Assembly: GCA_049324575.1 (NCBI GenBank)
Contig: JBMONI010000002.1
Span: forward strand, 92,804 to 156,803
Length of the DNA stretch: 64,000 nt
Reading direction: 5' to 3'
DNA from: Candidatus Omnitrophota bacterium
Lineage (GTDB): Bacteria; Omnitrophota; Omnitrophia; Omnitrophales; Aquincolibacteriaceae
This document shows positions 37,066 through 48,050 of this stretch, in pieces. The first letter of the stretch is position 1, and every line of letters starts with the position of its first letter. Made by a program: the position numbers and the translations under genes. The notes under the pieces are model-generated. The model was not told the origin of the DNA. It did no database searches and saw only the letters and a list, made by a program, of their open reading frames with translations.

Positions 37066-40000
37066 GCTTTTTTTCCTTCCCGCAAAGAGACCTCAGCACC
37101 GATCGGGCTCTTGCTCACATCCCGGCGGACCCGGCCCACCTTCAAACGGCCGCGAGGCTCTCCGAGATCCTTGGGAAGGACCAGCTGATTCCCCGCCAGG
37201 GAAGCCCCGACCACGCCTTCGATCGCCTGACGAAGCATCCATCCCGCCGCCCCGGTATAACCGTGCCATATCATGCGGCCCTGGTCGTAATTGGTCAAAA
37301 GGTCTGCCGCCTGTTTGTTCGGCTGGCCCCCGTAGATCTCGATCTCTCCGGCCGTCACATGCGGAATGGAGGAAATTTTCAACCATAGCCGAAGCGCGGT
37401 TTCGCGATAGGAAGCCGCTTTGGAAGCATTCCCCCGCGAGGCATAATGTTCGGCCAGGACCCTGGCGGCTTTCACAAGCCATTGGACCCCGTGACAGTAC
37501 ATGCCGTTCTCGCGGACCCCTTCCGGATATTTACTGCTTCGGCCCAGATAAGGCTTAGTATCCTCGCGAAGCGACGGCCATCCGAGCAGGATGGCGTTCG
37601 GTTTTTCAAGGACCTGAAGCGCCGTATTGAAAACGATCTCATTGCGCTCGGGATTGATCCCCGCCATGACCGCCCACGCCGCGGTCAGGGCGTCAATCTC
37701 CCAGATCCCGCTCCCCTTGATACCGATCTCGGTGCCGTCATCATGGATCGCCCGAAGATACCGGTCGGTCCGCCATGTTCTTTCGAGCGCTTCGGCAAGC
37801 GCCTTCATCTTTTTCTCGTAGTGCTCCCGCCGGGCGAGCCCGTCCCGCTTCTCGATGATCCCAAGCATTTCCTTGAGGATATAGTAAAGGAAGAAACCGA
37901 GCCAAATACTTTCCCCCTTCCCCGCGCTCCCGATCTCATCCAGCCCGTCGTTCCAGTCCCCGGTCCCGATCAGCGGGATGCCGTTACGCCCCATCCTTTT
38001 TTCGAGTACGACGTCGATCGATTTCATGCAATGGCGATAGACCGTATCGGCCCGCGTGGAGCGCTGGTAAAAATGTCCCCAGCCATGTTTGTTCTTCGGC
38101 AGAGGCGCGAACGGGAATTCCGAGGTCACATAAGAGGTCATTTCGTCGAGAATCGTTTCATCCCCGGCAAGGCGAAGATATTCCGCCACTCCCCAGGAGA
38201 GCCACAGCAGATTGTCCGAGGCATGGGAACGGCAGGAAAAAGAAGTGCGTCCGTCGGTCAGCGTGAAGAACCAGTGGAAGACATCCCCTTCCACGAATTG
38301 ATGCGAGGCATGGAGCAGGATCTGTTTACGAGCCAGCGCCGGATCGACCCAGATCATATTGACGGTATCCTGAAGCTGGTCCCGGAAACCGAACGCGCCG
38401 CTGGTCTGATAAAAGCCCCGGCGCGCCCAGATCCGTTCCGCAAGGGCCTGATATTTGAGCCAGTATTGGTATGCATCGAACTCCGGAAGGTCGGTCTTGA
38501 TCTCAAGGGTGTTCATGAGCCGGAGCCACCAGTCGCGCGTTTCTTCCAGGCTCTTTCGGGCGGTATCGAGATTTTTGTATTTCTGGACGATCCGGATCGC
38601 CTCCGGATGCGTGTCGGTCTGTCCCAAGACGATCGCAATGGTTTTCTCGCCCCTGGCCGGGATCTCCACCGTCCCAAGGAATCCCGCGACCGGCTTGTCA
38701 TCGGTCCGATGCCCGAGGTCCGGCTCCCCGGTTTCCACCAAAAAGGGGTGCGTCACCCCGCGGCCCCGGCCGAAAAAGGCCCCGCGTTTCGTGACCCAGC
38801 GGTCGGCCGGAATCGACATGGACGCAAAAGCCCACCCGGTGCGGAAAAGATTGCGTGGATTCTCGAAAAGAAGCGCATCGAGGACCTTGTCATGTTTTTG
38901 GCACAAAGCTCCGGCCCGCTCAGGCTGGAACGCGAGCGCGATCTGAAAATAAGGCGCGATCCGCATCCGCTTGAGCCTGTCGGAATCGTTCTTCACGGTG
39001 AGAAGATAAACCCCGGTCGGCTCGTCCGGAGGGACAAAAACGGTCAACTGGGTCGAGACCGAGCCGGAACTCATCCGGAACACCGCGGTCCCGTCCACGC
39101 TGAATTCGGATTCATAGCGCGCCCGCAGATCATTCAAGGGATGATAGGTCGGTGAGAACCATTCTTTTTGATCCGGATCGTACAGATAGATCGCTTCCGC
39201 CGGGACTTCTTTCGTCACCGTATCGGGCCAATCCGGCGTCACGCGGTTCTGCTGAGAATTGCCGTTGCAGGAAGTATGCAGGCCCCGGTTCGTGACCATG
39301 ACCGAATGCACGGCATTGGAAAGTGCGTGATCATAAGGACGGGTCGTGAACGGGGTCCGGACGATAAGCTTCCGCCCTTCGGCCGTATATTCCGAATAAG
39401 GCTGCGGGGTCCCGGGCAGGATCTCGCCGTGGCCGATCAAAGGCTGTCTTTTCTTACCGGGGACCGCGGGGGACGCGGCGGCCTTCGGGGCCAGATGCTT
39501 CTCGATCATCTCGAGCGCCGCCTTCTTGTTCTTCGCCCAGCCGATCATCAGCCGCATCGATTTTGGGGCCGCGGGCGCAAGCGCCATGTCCACCACAAGA
39601 CAACCGATCGGATCGAAGGTCGGATAAGGCGCCATGTCTCGCGCTTCAAGAAAACCCATGGTCTCAAGGATCCGGGGTGTCCAAAGACTCCGGGCGCGGC
39701 CGATAAAATCCATGCGGGAGGTATGGAACCCCTCGGGCGCCGCCTCCGAAGCCAGGATCCCCATGGACTTCGTGTTCTTCTGCCAGGAAAGCACGGCATT
39801 GGCCTCGCTCACATATTCCATTTCCGGATAAAGCCGAGCATACTGCGTATGGAAGCGATCATCCAGAGGCCGGTTCAACACCCACTCCAGATACGGGACG
39901 ATCTTGAGCGCGCGGGGCTTCGAACTCAAGTTCTCGAGCAAAATCGTCCACACCTCCGCCGTCCCGTTATGCGGAACGAGCCCGATCTCGATCGTGGCCC

Positions 40001-43000
40001 GCACCCCGTGATTCTCGTTCACAAGCTTCAGGCGATTTCCGTCCTTGGAGATCCTGGACGCCGGGAACCGGTCGCGCGGAAAATTCCCGAAGATTGGCCA
40101 GGCGCGCGCCGCGCTCCCCGGTTTTTCCGCCATATCCACCACAAAAAGCGCGCGGCCGCAGGGCTCGAGATTATCGTAGCAGCGGCGGCTCACATCATAG
40201 CTTTTTTGCACCACTTCGCTGTACCCTTCGCCGCCCTCGAGGACCACCGTCTTGTATTCATGATGTCCGATCTCGAAACTTTTCTCGCGGCGGCTTTCCC
40301 CGCGGCGGACCATCGCGCGGAAACAAAAGGAAATGAGCGTCGCCAACAAGACCGCCCCGAGACCGACCCCCAAGAGCTGAAGGACCGGAAGCGCCCGCAG
40401 GGACGCGACAAGTCCCGCGCCCTTTGCGTTCTGGATCGCAAGCGAGGTCCCCCACGCATAATCCCATTCCGCGCCGCGCGGGATATAAAAGGGAATGAGA
40501 AGCGGCGCCCATGTGGTGAACCGCTTGACCCCTTCGGGAATGCACCGTTGCGCAGCGGCCGGACCGATGAACTTCGCGGTCTTCTCGTCCAGCTTATCCA
40601 TGCCGATAAAGCTCAGGTTCACGAGCGTCGCGACCCGCAGCCCCATGTGGTCCATCCAGATCAGGACACGAAAGAAATCAAAGGCCAGCACGTAGACGAA
40701 AACCGTAAGGCTCCAGTCCCGGAAAGCCTCCGGAGACAGGGTCAGCTTATTCCAGATCGCGACCAAGGTGCGGATCGCGCCATCCTGGTTATACCAGGTC
40801 GGATCGGGCATCATGCGCAGGAACGTAAAAATAATAGGCGACATCCAGAGTCCCCAACGGAGGACGTAAAGCATGTGCTGGATGAGCTCCATGAAACCGG
40901 CTTTCGAGAAAAAGAATTTGATCGGCGCGGTATCCTTCTGGAAGAACGCCTCCATGAAGACCTTATTGACAGCGAAAAGCCAGGCCGCGATCGACCAGTT
41001 AATGACCCCCGCCAGGGATTCGGTGAAAAGGAGCTTGGCCCCGCCGGAGTAACTGCCGAGGTCGATCCGCCCCCATTTGTTGACCAACGGATAGGTGATG
41101 TAGTCGACCGGAGTAAATCCGGCGCTCGTATAAAGTTTGAATTTTTCGATAACCACGGGGACCTGAAGCGAATCCAAATAGAAAGCGACCGCGCTTCCGA
41201 CGAAAGCGCCCAGGGCCGCGTCCACCAGATAAAGCCGCCACGACTGGATATTCCCCTGGCCTTTGAACGTATAGAGGGCGTCCCGCAGCAAACTGACCCC
41301 CAGCGAGGCCGCCAGACCGACCATGCAGCCGAAATGGATCCGGCTCGGCATCGCTTCCTGGAAAAGCCCGCGGCTGATCATGAAAGCCAGTCCAAAGCCG
41401 ACCACCGCTCCGCGCACGTACAGGATCGGATTCCGGTAACTGTAATGAGCCCGCTCAAAAAAAGGAAGACTGCCGTCGAACGATTCGATGATGGTCTTGA
41501 TGAGCGGGAAAACAAGCGCTCCCGCCATAAGCCCCACGACCAGAGGGAAAGAAGCCATGATCGAGCTCACCGCCGAATGGTTGAGCGCCAGATACAAAAG
41601 ATAAAGGATCGCAAGCAGGATCCCGCTATAGGCCATCCCCTTGCGCATGCCGGTATAGGAATGCTGGGAAACCGTTTCCGAACTCGGAGCTTTCCGGTGC
41701 ACCCCGTCCACAATAGCGCCCGTGATCAGATAAACTTCGCCCCAAAGCCCCGCATAAGAAAGGATCGTCGCAAGGATCGACACCATGCCGCGAAAGAGCG
41801 CCGGCAAAGCGCCGACCCAGGCGGTGGAACCCCAATCCGCGATCTCAGGCGCGAGCGCCACGGCGACCGAAACAAAAAGCATGGAAAGATGCGCTTTGCG
41901 GACGTTCAGGACCTTCCCCTGGGTCGCGAGACTGATCCCGCTGATCACGACTTCGTTAAAAGCAAAAACGATCACGGCACGGCCCAAGATCCCCAAAACG
42001 ACCGGCCACGCCGCAAGTACGCTCAGCGTCAAGGCGCCGGCCAGGTCCTGCAAAAGCGCCGCGTTCTCGAGAAGAAGGATCCAGCCTAAAAGATAAGGAG
42101 TAAGCACGATCAGTCCGCCCGCGATCGGCCGCAGGTGCTTTCCGGAGTTGGCCATCGACAGGACGTTCACGGACTGGTAGATCACAAAGGTCAGCGCTGC
42201 GAGATGGTTCGTTAAAAGGAAGAGCTGCGACCATGTCGCCGGGGCCTGAAGGATCTCCTGCCGGCTCGAACCCGCGGCCAAAAGTCCCGTCAAAAGGATG
42301 TCCTGGAAAAGCTCGGACGGGGTCAGCGTTTTCCCGGCAAGCACCCGCTTGCAAACGGCAGAAAGCGCGGCTCCGAGCAAGGCGATCCCGAGGAAATGAA
42401 AATTGGTATCGAGCGTGCTCCCCTTGCCGAGCCCGCAGATCATGAAACCGATCGCAAGGATCGTGACCGCAACGGCCCCGTAAAAAAGATCCTTTTTGAG
42501 ATGCCAGAGCCAGGACCTCGGAAACGCCGAAAGGTCCTCGGCCGGGACCGCAGAAGGAGCAGCGGACATCCGCCGGCCCCGGAAGATCCGCTTTAAGAAC
42601 GCGGCGACGCCCGCCATCAGGAGGCTCAGCAGGATGACGAGAGAGACCTTGATCAGCGTAAAATTCTTCTCGAGCGGCGTCAAACGTCCGAAGCGGAGAT
42701 CGAAGAAAAGTTTTCCCGTGACGGCTTCGCTGATCTCAAGCGGGCTCACGCCGATCGGATTGATGGCCATCGGTCCTATCGCCATCGGACTGACGACATA
42801 AACGACCTCCGTCAGGTTCCCGATCGTATTCCAGTTCACCGCCTCAAGGAAATAATTCCATCCGGGCTGCAGCCGTAGCGGAATGCTCTGCATCCCGCGG
42901 GTCCCCTTGATCTCGGCTTTGACGGTCACCTGCTGGATCTGATCCCCATGGGGGACCTTGACGCCGATCTTTACGGCGTCCGCGACCTCGGCCCCGTAAT

Positions 43001-44330
43001 CCTCGGGATACGATTTAGTCCAGATCCCCACCGTCGATCCTTCGGGCAGCGTGTAACTGAACTCCCAAAGGTCCCTTTTCAAGCTTTCATCGAAAACGCC
43101 GGTCACACTCCCCTGCGAAGGCCCGATGTTGAAAACCCCTTTTTCCCCCGCATCGAGCATCCCGAAAACGGCCGTGAAGAGGTCCGGAGCGGAAGTTTTC
43201 GGAACCGGGCTTGCCCTTTTGACGAAATCAAAAGCCAAATAAAGGGTGCCATGGGCCTTTTCGATCCCCTCCCGCGCCGTAATGCGAAGCCGGAGTTCTT
43301 TGAGGTCCCCGAGAGAAGCTCCGTCCAGGAATTCCTGGATCGAATTCCATCCCCGTTTGAGTTCAAGCGGAAAGTTTTTTTCGCTTCGGGTCCCTTTCAA
43401 AAGGACTTCCGCAGTGATCTGTTCGACCTGTCCCGCTTCCGGCACCCGGATCCCCATCCGGAGGGTGTCCATCGCTCCGGACTCGATCCCCGCCGGGAAA
43501 TCCTTGGCCCTCATTTCCACTGAGCCCTCATCCTCGATCGAGTAATCGAACTCCAGAACGTCTTTTCCCGCAACCTCATCGAAGGAAGGCGTAAGCGTCC
43601 CCTTGGCATCCCCGTCCTTTTCGACCTCGCGCTTACCTGCGCTCATCAGCGTCATGGACGACACCCCCGCGGCCGCAGGAGTCGGTTTCGGAGGCGGCGG
43701 TGCAGCAACCCGAGGAGAACTGACCGTGGTTTTGACGGACGGGGTCTGCGGAGGTAACATCGAGATGAATTCCGCGGTAAAAGCAACGGATCCTTCGGCG
43801 CTCATTCCTTGAGCGGCCGGTGAAACGGAAAATTCGACTGCTTCCAGCGTCCCCACCTTCGCCCAATCCAAGGATTCCTGGAAAGCGCTCCATCCCTCAC
43901 GAAGCCGCACGGGGATCTGCTGGGTCCCGGCCGATCCCTTGATCTCCAAGGTTAGGGAGATCTGCTTTGCGGTCTCGGCACTTGCCGCTTTGGCCCCGAT
44001 CCTTACCGCAGAAACGGCCGCAGCGCTCAGGAAGGCGGGGAACGATCTCGCCCAAAAAACCACTTTCGCTCCCGCCGGAATGGAGTAATCGAGCTCGAGA
44101 ACGTCTTTGCCGCTCGCGCTGTCATAAGTCGGCGTCGAAACCGCCTTCAGCACCCCATCCTTCGTGAGGCCACGCTCCTTGGCGTCCAAAAGCGTCGCGA
44201 TCGGGGCTGAGGCATCGGTTTCGGCGGCGCTCGAGACCCCGGAAGGAAAACAAGCATTTAAGAAAAAAACGGAAAGGGAAAAGAGGAGCGATCTTGAGAA
44301 CAAAAAAGCCTGCTGTCTTCTCGAGAACAT
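37062..44330 (-). CDS. Giant 2,422-aa membrane protein: signal peptide, three tandem roughly 170-aa repeats (exported), roughly 20-helix membrane domain, C-terminal GH94-like glycoside phosphorylase / cyclic-glucan-synthase-C-terminal-like domain
   Basis: Three repeat motifs DVLELDYSIPAGAKVVFWARSFPA / DVLEFDYSIEDEGSVEMRAKDFPA / DLWEFSYTLPEGSTVGIWTKSYPE; long hydrophobic block; C-terminal motifs QTSGAFGFRDQLQDT and IGTGDWNDGLDEIG typical of GH94. Confidence 0.75.
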   Translation of the reverse strand: MFSRRQQAFLFSRSLLFSLSVFFLNACFPSGVSSAAETDASAPIATLLDAKERGLTKDGVLKAVSTPTYDSASGKDVLELDYSIPAGAKVVFWARSFPAFLSAAAVSAVRIGAKAASAETAKQISLTLEIKGSAGTQQIPVRLREGWSAFQESLDWAKVGTLEAVEFSVSPAAQGMSAEGSVAFTAEFISMLPPQTPSVKTTVSSPRVAAPPPPKPTPAAAGVSSMTLMSAGKREVEKDGDAKGTLTPSFDEVAGKDVLEFDYSIEDEGSVEMRAKDFPAGIESGAMDTLRMGIRVPEAGQVEQITAEVLLKGTRSEKNFPLELKRGWNSIQEFLDGASLGDLKELRLRITAREGIEKAHGTLYLAFDFVKRASPVPKTSAPDLFTAVFGMLDAGEKGVFNIGPSQGSVTGVFDESLKRDLWEFSYTLPEGSTVGIWTKSYPEDYGAEVADAVKIGVKVPHGDQIQQVTVKAEIKGTRGMQSIPLRLQPGWNYFLEAVNWNTIGNLTEVVYVVSPMAIGPMAINPIGVSPLEISEAVTGKLFFDLRFGRLTPLEKNFTLIKVSLVILLSLLMAGVAAFLKRIFRGRRMSAAPSAVPAEDLSAFPRSWLWHLKKDLFYGAVAVTILAIGFMICGLGKGSTLDTNFHFLGIALLGAALSAVCKRVLAGKTLTPSELFQDILLTGLLAAGSSRQEILQAPATWSQLFLLTNHLAALTFVIYQSVNVLSMANSGKHLRPIAGGLIVLTPYLLGWILLLENAALLQDLAGALTLSVLAAWPVVLGILGRAVIVFAFNEVVISGISLATQGKVLNVRKAHLSMLFVSVAVALAPEIADWGSTAWVGALPALFRGMVSILATILSYAGLWGEVYLITGAIVDGVHRKAPSSETVSQHSYTGMRKGMAYSGILLAILYLLYLALNHSAVSSIMASFPLVVGLMAGALVFPLIKTIIESFDGSLPFFERAHYSYRNPILYVRGAVVGFGLAFMISRGLFQEAMPSRIHFGCMVGLAASLGVSLLRDALYTFKGQGNIQSWRLYLVDAALGAFVGSAVAFYLDSLQVPVVIEKFKLYTSAGFTPVDYITYPLVNKWGRIDLGSYSGGAKLLFTESLAGVINWSIAAWLFAVNKVFMEAFFQKDTAPIKFFFSKAGFMELIQHMLYVLRWGLWMSPIIFTFLRMMPDPTWYNQDGAIRTLVAIWNKLTLSPEAFRDWSLTVFVYVLAFDFFRVLIWMDHMGLRVATLVNLSFIGMDKLDEKTAKFIGPAAAQRCIPEGVKRFTTWAPLLIPFYIPRGAEWDYAWGTSLAIQNAKGAGLVASLRALPVLQLLGVGLGAVLLATLISFCFRAMVRRGESRREKSFEIGHHEYKTVVLEGGEGYSEVVQKSYDVSRRCYDNLEPCGRALFVVDMAEKPGSAARAWPIFGNFPRDRFPASRISKDGNRLKLVNENHGVRATIEIGLVPHNGTAEVWTILLENLSSKPRALKIVPYLEWVLNRPLDDRFHTQYARLYPEMEYVSEANAVLSWQKNTKSMGILASEAAPEGFHTSRMDFIGRARSLWTPRILETMGFLEARDMAPYPTFDPIGCLVVDMALAPAAPKSMRLMIGWAKNKKAALEMIEKHLAPKAAASPAVPGKKRQPLIGHGEILPGTPQPYSEYTAEGRKLIVRTPFTTRPYDHALSNAVHSVMVTNRGLHTSCNGNSQQNRVTPDWPDTVTKEVPAEAIYLYDPDQKEWFSPTYHPLNDLRARYESEFSVDGTAVFRMSSGSVSTQLTVFVPPDEPTGVYLLTVKNDSDRLKRMRIAPYFQIALAFQPERAGALCQKHDKVLDALLFENPRNLFRTGWAFASMSIPADRWVTKRGAFFGRGRGVTHPFLVETGEPDLGHRTDDKPVAGFLGTVEIPARGEKTIAIVLGQTDTHPEAIRIVQKYKNLDTARKSLEETRDWWLRLMNTLEIKTDLPEFDAYQYWLKYQALAERIWARRGFYQTSGAFGFRDQLQDTVNMIWVDPALARKQILLHASHQFVEGDVFHWFFTLTDGRTSFSCRSHASDNLLWLSWGVAEYLRLAGDETILDEMTSYVTSEFPFAPLPKNKHGWGHFYQRSTRADTVYRHCMKSIDVVLEKRMGRNGIPLIGTGDWNDGLDEIGSAGKGESIWLGFFLYYILKEMLGIIEKRDGLARREHYEKKMKALAEALERTWRTDRYLRAIHDDGTEIGIKGSGIWEIDALTAAWAVMAGINPERNEIVFNTALQVLEKPNAILLGWPSLREDTKPYLGRSSKYPEGVRENGMYCHGVQWLVKAARVLAEHYASRGNASKAASYRETALRLWLKISSIPHVTAGEIEIYGGQPNKQAADLLTNYDQGRMIWHGYTGAAGWMLRQAIEGVVGASLAGNQLVLPKDLGEPRGRLKVGRVRRDVSKSPIGAEVSLREGKKA

Positions 44331-44453
44331 GGATTTTGTCCTTTTATACAGCGGTAAAAAAAGTCCCCGCTCATTTTCCGCGCGATGGGTCCTGCTTCAT
44401 GAGAGTGCGCTGGAGGCGGTACCGTTCGAAACCGCCGGATTCCGGGGTGTCGT

Positions 44454-44482
44454 ATTATAATCAGAATCGGCTTTTTGCCAAA
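44454..44482 (-). promoter_or_regulatory. Candidate sigma-70 promoter TTGGCA-16-TATAAT for the 2,422-aa gene
   Basis: Minus-strand ...cTTGGCAaaaagccgattctgatTATAATacg..., about 120 nt upstream of the ATG. Confidence 0.4.
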
Positions 44483-44549
44483 GAATTTGTTTCCAGAAAC
44501 CCCGCCGGGGAGCCTCGCCGGAACAAGCCCGACGCGCAACGCCAAGCCC

Positions 44550-46622
44550 TCATGACAGAGGGCGGATCAGAACGACGATGGACCGGGCCTTCACGAGATA
44601 ATCCGGCCCCCGCAACGCAGCTTCATGCCCGGGATCCAAAACATCCTCCGGGCTTTCAAGGGACGTATCGATCACCCGTTTCCAATCCTTGGTCGTCCCC
44701 TCCTGCAAGGTAAAAATATGGTCTTTCCAATCCCCGTTGATCATGACGTAGAGGTCGCTGTCGCCAAGATCCTTCCCCAGCAGACAATAAGCCAGCGCAT
44801 GGGACTCCTCCCCGAAATCGGGGTCCGGACCGGTGCCATACCAGCGGACATCATCACGCCAATAACCGCTGCGGCCGATCGAACGGTGCGCTTTCCGGAA
44901 AGCGATCATATTCTTGAAAAAACGGAAGATCGGCCGGTTCTTTTCGAGGAGGTCCCAATCGAGCCAGGTCGTTTCATTATCTTGATTGTAGGGGTTGTTA
45001 TTGCCTTTTTGTGTGTTCAGGAACTCGTCCCCGGCACAGAACATCGGCGTTCCGTTGGAAAGCATCAAAAGCGCGAAGAAATTCTTCGCCTGGCGGCGGC
45101 GAAGAGCCGCGACCTCTTGGGGGACATTTTGGTCGCCTTCGATCCCGCAGTTCCAGCTGAAATTCCAGTCCGATCCGTCCTGGTTGTCATTGCCATTGGC
45201 CTGGTTATGCTTTTGATTGTAAGCGGTGAGATCATAAAGACAAAAACCGTCGTGCGAGGTCACGTAGTTGATGCTTTGATAAGGCCGGTACGCATTCGCG
45301 ACTTCCTCGGGAAAAAGATCGTCGCTACCGTAAAGTCTTTGCGCGAGCGCGCCGACCACCCCCTTATCCCCTTTCACGAACATGCGGATATCATCGCGGT
45401 ACTTTCCGTTCCACTGCCGCCACACCAAGCCGGGAAATTGTTTCCCGAGCAAGTTCGCCTCGATGTCCCAAGCCTCGGCCACGAGCCGAAGATCGCTTTG
45501 GTAAGCAAGATAACTGATCTCGAAGATGATCGGCGGCGAGACCGTGTTGAGGGACCCGTCATCATGGCGCGCAAAGATGGAAGCCAGGTCAAAACGGAAT
45601 CCGTCAATGCGCATCTCATCCGCCCAGCGCCGAAGACTTTCGAGGACCAGCAGCCGTACCGCGGGGCTTGTGCAACGCATTGTATTGCCGCATCCCGTAT
45701 TGTCCACATAAGCTTTCGTCTCCGGATCCAGGAAGTAATATTCCGCATTGTCGATCCCTCGGAAACTATGGGTCGGCCCTTTTTCGTTCCCTTCGCTCGT
45801 ATGGTTGTAGACCACATCCATCCAGACCTCGATCCCCGCGTCATGGAAAGCTTTGACCATCTGCCGGAATTCGTCCCGGGGATTCCCGTACGCATATTGC
45901 CGGTGAGGAGAGAAGAAGTTGAGCGTCATATAGCCCCAATAGGCCCCCTCCTGCGGATCGAACTGATGGACCGGAAGCAATTCAACGACCGTAACTCCGA
46001 GATCTTTGAGATAAGGGATTTTGTCGATCAGCCCTAAAAAGGTCCCCCGACGTTCCGGCGCTATCCCGGAATTCGCGCGCGCGGTGAATCCTTTTACATG
46101 GAGTTCGTAGATGATCGTATCATGGGTATGACGGGGGCGGCGATCCTCTCCCCAAGGGAAATCGTCCGCCCTCCGGGGCAGCACGCCGAGAGGGGAACGG
46201 CCGACCGTCATTCCGGGGCCGACCGCGGCCATACGGTCATAGCGGGGCGGGAAAAATATTTCCTCGGCAAAAGGATCGAGGAGGAGCTTGCCTGCATCAA
46301 AGCGATGCCCGCGCTCGGGGTCCCACGGCCCCTCGATTTGATATGCGTAAAGTTCCGCTCCAGCGAGTTTGCTGAACGGGATCATGCAGTGCCAGATATG
46401 TTCCGACCGGTTCTTCCGCGGATCGAAGCGAAATCCGAACACCGCTTTGGACGGGTCCTCGCGCCGGTAAAAAAGCAGTCTCACGCCGGTTGAGTTCTTG
46501 GAATAAAGTGCGAAATTATAGGCCTGGGCCGATTCGACCCAGGTCGATCCGAGCGGCCACACCGCGCCCTCTTTTAATTCCCAAGCTTCGATCGTCTGCA
46601 TTTTTCCCATATTCTTTTTCAT
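44550..46622 (-). CDS. glgX: Glycogen debranching enzyme (GH13 isoamylase type)
   Basis: N-terminal CBM48-like region then GH13 catalytic motifs (GFRFDLA, EAWD). Confidence 0.88.
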   Translation of the reverse strand: MKKNMGKMQTIEAWELKEGAVWPLGSTWVESAQAYNFALYSKNSTGVRLLFYRREDPSKAVFGFRFDPRKNRSEHIWHCMIPFSKLAGAELYAYQIEGPWDPERGHRFDAGKLLLDPFAEEIFFPPRYDRMAAVGPGMTVGRSPLGVLPRRADDFPWGEDRRPRHTHDTIIYELHVKGFTARANSGIAPERRGTFLGLIDKIPYLKDLGVTVVELLPVHQFDPQEGAYWGYMTLNFFSPHRQYAYGNPRDEFRQMVKAFHDAGIEVWMDVVYNHTSEGNEKGPTHSFRGIDNAEYYFLDPETKAYVDNTGCGNTMRCTSPAVRLLVLESLRRWADEMRIDGFRFDLASIFARHDDGSLNTVSPPIIFEISYLAYQSDLRLVAEAWDIEANLLGKQFPGLVWRQWNGKYRDDIRMFVKGDKGVVGALAQRLYGSDDLFPEEVANAYRPYQSINYVTSHDGFCLYDLTAYNQKHNQANGNDNQDGSDWNFSWNCGIEGDQNVPQEVAALRRRQAKNFFALLMLSNGTPMFCAGDEFLNTQKGNNNPYNQDNETTWLDWDLLEKNRPIFRFFKNMIAFRKAHRSIGRSGYWRDDVRWYGTGPDPDFGEESHALAYCLLGKDLGDSDLYVMINGDWKDHIFTLQEGTTKDWKRVIDTSLESPEDVLDPGHEAALRGPDYLVKARSIVVLIRPLS

Positions 46623-46628
46623 CCTAGC

Positions 46629-48050
46629 TCATGATCCCAACATGTGGATCTTGATGAAATTCGTCCCGCCCGCTCTTTGGGCGGGGATCCCGCCGACCAT
46701 GAGAACGCGATCGCCGGCCGAGGCCAATCCTCGCGCGATCAGGGTCTTTTCCATGAGACGTGTCAAACCTTCGAAAGTATCGGAAGTCTCGGAAACAAGC
46801 AAAGGACGGATCCCCCAAAAAAGATTCAAGGCATGATACACGTCAGGAGACGGCGTCAGCGCGATCACCGGAGCCCTGGATCTCTCGGCCGCGACAAAAC
46901 GGGCCGTATGCCCGCTGGCGGTAAAAACAACGATACAGCGGGGCCGCACCGCTTTTTCGAGTACATTGACGGCCTGGCTCAAGGCATGGGTCTCGGTCGT
47001 GCCCGCAGGCGGATAATTCCGGAATTCGATCTTTGCTTCGACATCGGTCGCGATACGGGCCATCATTTCGACCGCACGCACCGGGAAAGCCCCCACCGCG
47101 GATTCCCCCGAAAGCATCACGGCATCGGTCCCGTCGATGATCGCATTCGCCACATCACTCGCCTCGGCGCGGGTCGGACGCGGTTGTGCGATCATGCTCT
47201 CAAGCATTTGCGTTGCCGTGATCACCGGAAGCCCGCGGCGATTGCAAAGCTCGATAATCCTTTTCTGGAGCATCGGGACTTTCTCAGGACTCATTTCCAC
47301 ACCGAGATCGCCCCGCGCGACCATCACGCCCTGGACTTCGTCAAGGATTTCCTCCAGATGCTCGATGGCCTGCGGTTTTTCGATCTTGGCCAGGATAGGC
47401 TTTCTCGCCCCCTTGGACGCGAGGAACTCCTTAAGCGAGCGGATGTCCCGAGCGCTACGGACAAAACTGAGAGAGAGCCAATCTACCTTCTGGGTCAAAC
47501 CGAATTCGATATCCTGTTTGTCCTTTTCGGTCAACGCGGGCAGTTGCAGGGAAACTTGCGGAAAATTGACGCCTTTGCGACTTTTCAGGATCCCGCCTTC
47601 CACGACGCGGCAATGAAGTGCCGGAAGCGATACTTTCTCGATCGTAAGTTCGAATGCGCCATCGGCCAGGAGAACGGTCATTCCCGGCTTCGCATCCGCT
47701 GCCGCATGGAGATAATCGACCGGAATCGTGCCCGGCCCGTCCCGATATTCCGCTTCCGGAACCAGTGTGACCGTTTTTCCGGACTGGAGAGCGCACTGAT
47801 CTCCCGGAAGCCGCCCGACACGGATCTTCGGTCCCTGAAGGTCCTGGAGAAGGGTCACGGGACGATCAAGCTCGGAGGCCGCGGTGCGAAGGTCTGCGAT
47901 CGCGCGTCGATGTTCCTCATGATCGCCGTGGGAAAAATTGATCCGCGCCACGCTCATGCCCGCCAGGATCATTTGACGCAAGATCTCCGGGCTTCGGCTC
48001 GCGGGGCCGAGCGTCGCTACAATCTTGGTATGGCGGGGAAGATCCTCCAT
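46629..48050 (-). CDS. pyk: Pyruvate kinase
   Basis: TKIVATLGPASRSPEILRQMILAGMSVARINFSHGDHEEH... canonical. Confidence 0.95.
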   Translation of the reverse strand: MEDLPRHTKIVATLGPASRSPEILRQMILAGMSVARINFSHGDHEEHRRAIADLRTAASELDRPVTLLQDLQGPKIRVGRLPGDQCALQSGKTVTLVPEAEYRDGPGTIPVDYLHAAADAKPGMTVLLADGAFELTIEKVSLPALHCRVVEGGILKSRKGVNFPQVSLQLPALTEKDKQDIEFGLTQKVDWLSLSFVRSARDIRSLKEFLASKGARKPILAKIEKPQAIEHLEEILDEVQGVMVARGDLGVEMSPEKVPMLQKRIIELCNRRGLPVITATQMLESMIAQPRPTRAEASDVANAIIDGTDAVMLSGESAVGAFPVRAVEMMARIATDVEAKIEFRNYPPAGTTETHALSQAVNVLEKAVRPRCIVVFTASGHTARFVAAERSRAPVIALTPSPDVYHALNLFWGIRPLLVSETSDTFEGLTRLMEKTLIARGLASAGDRVLMVGGIPAQRAGGTNFIKIHMLGS

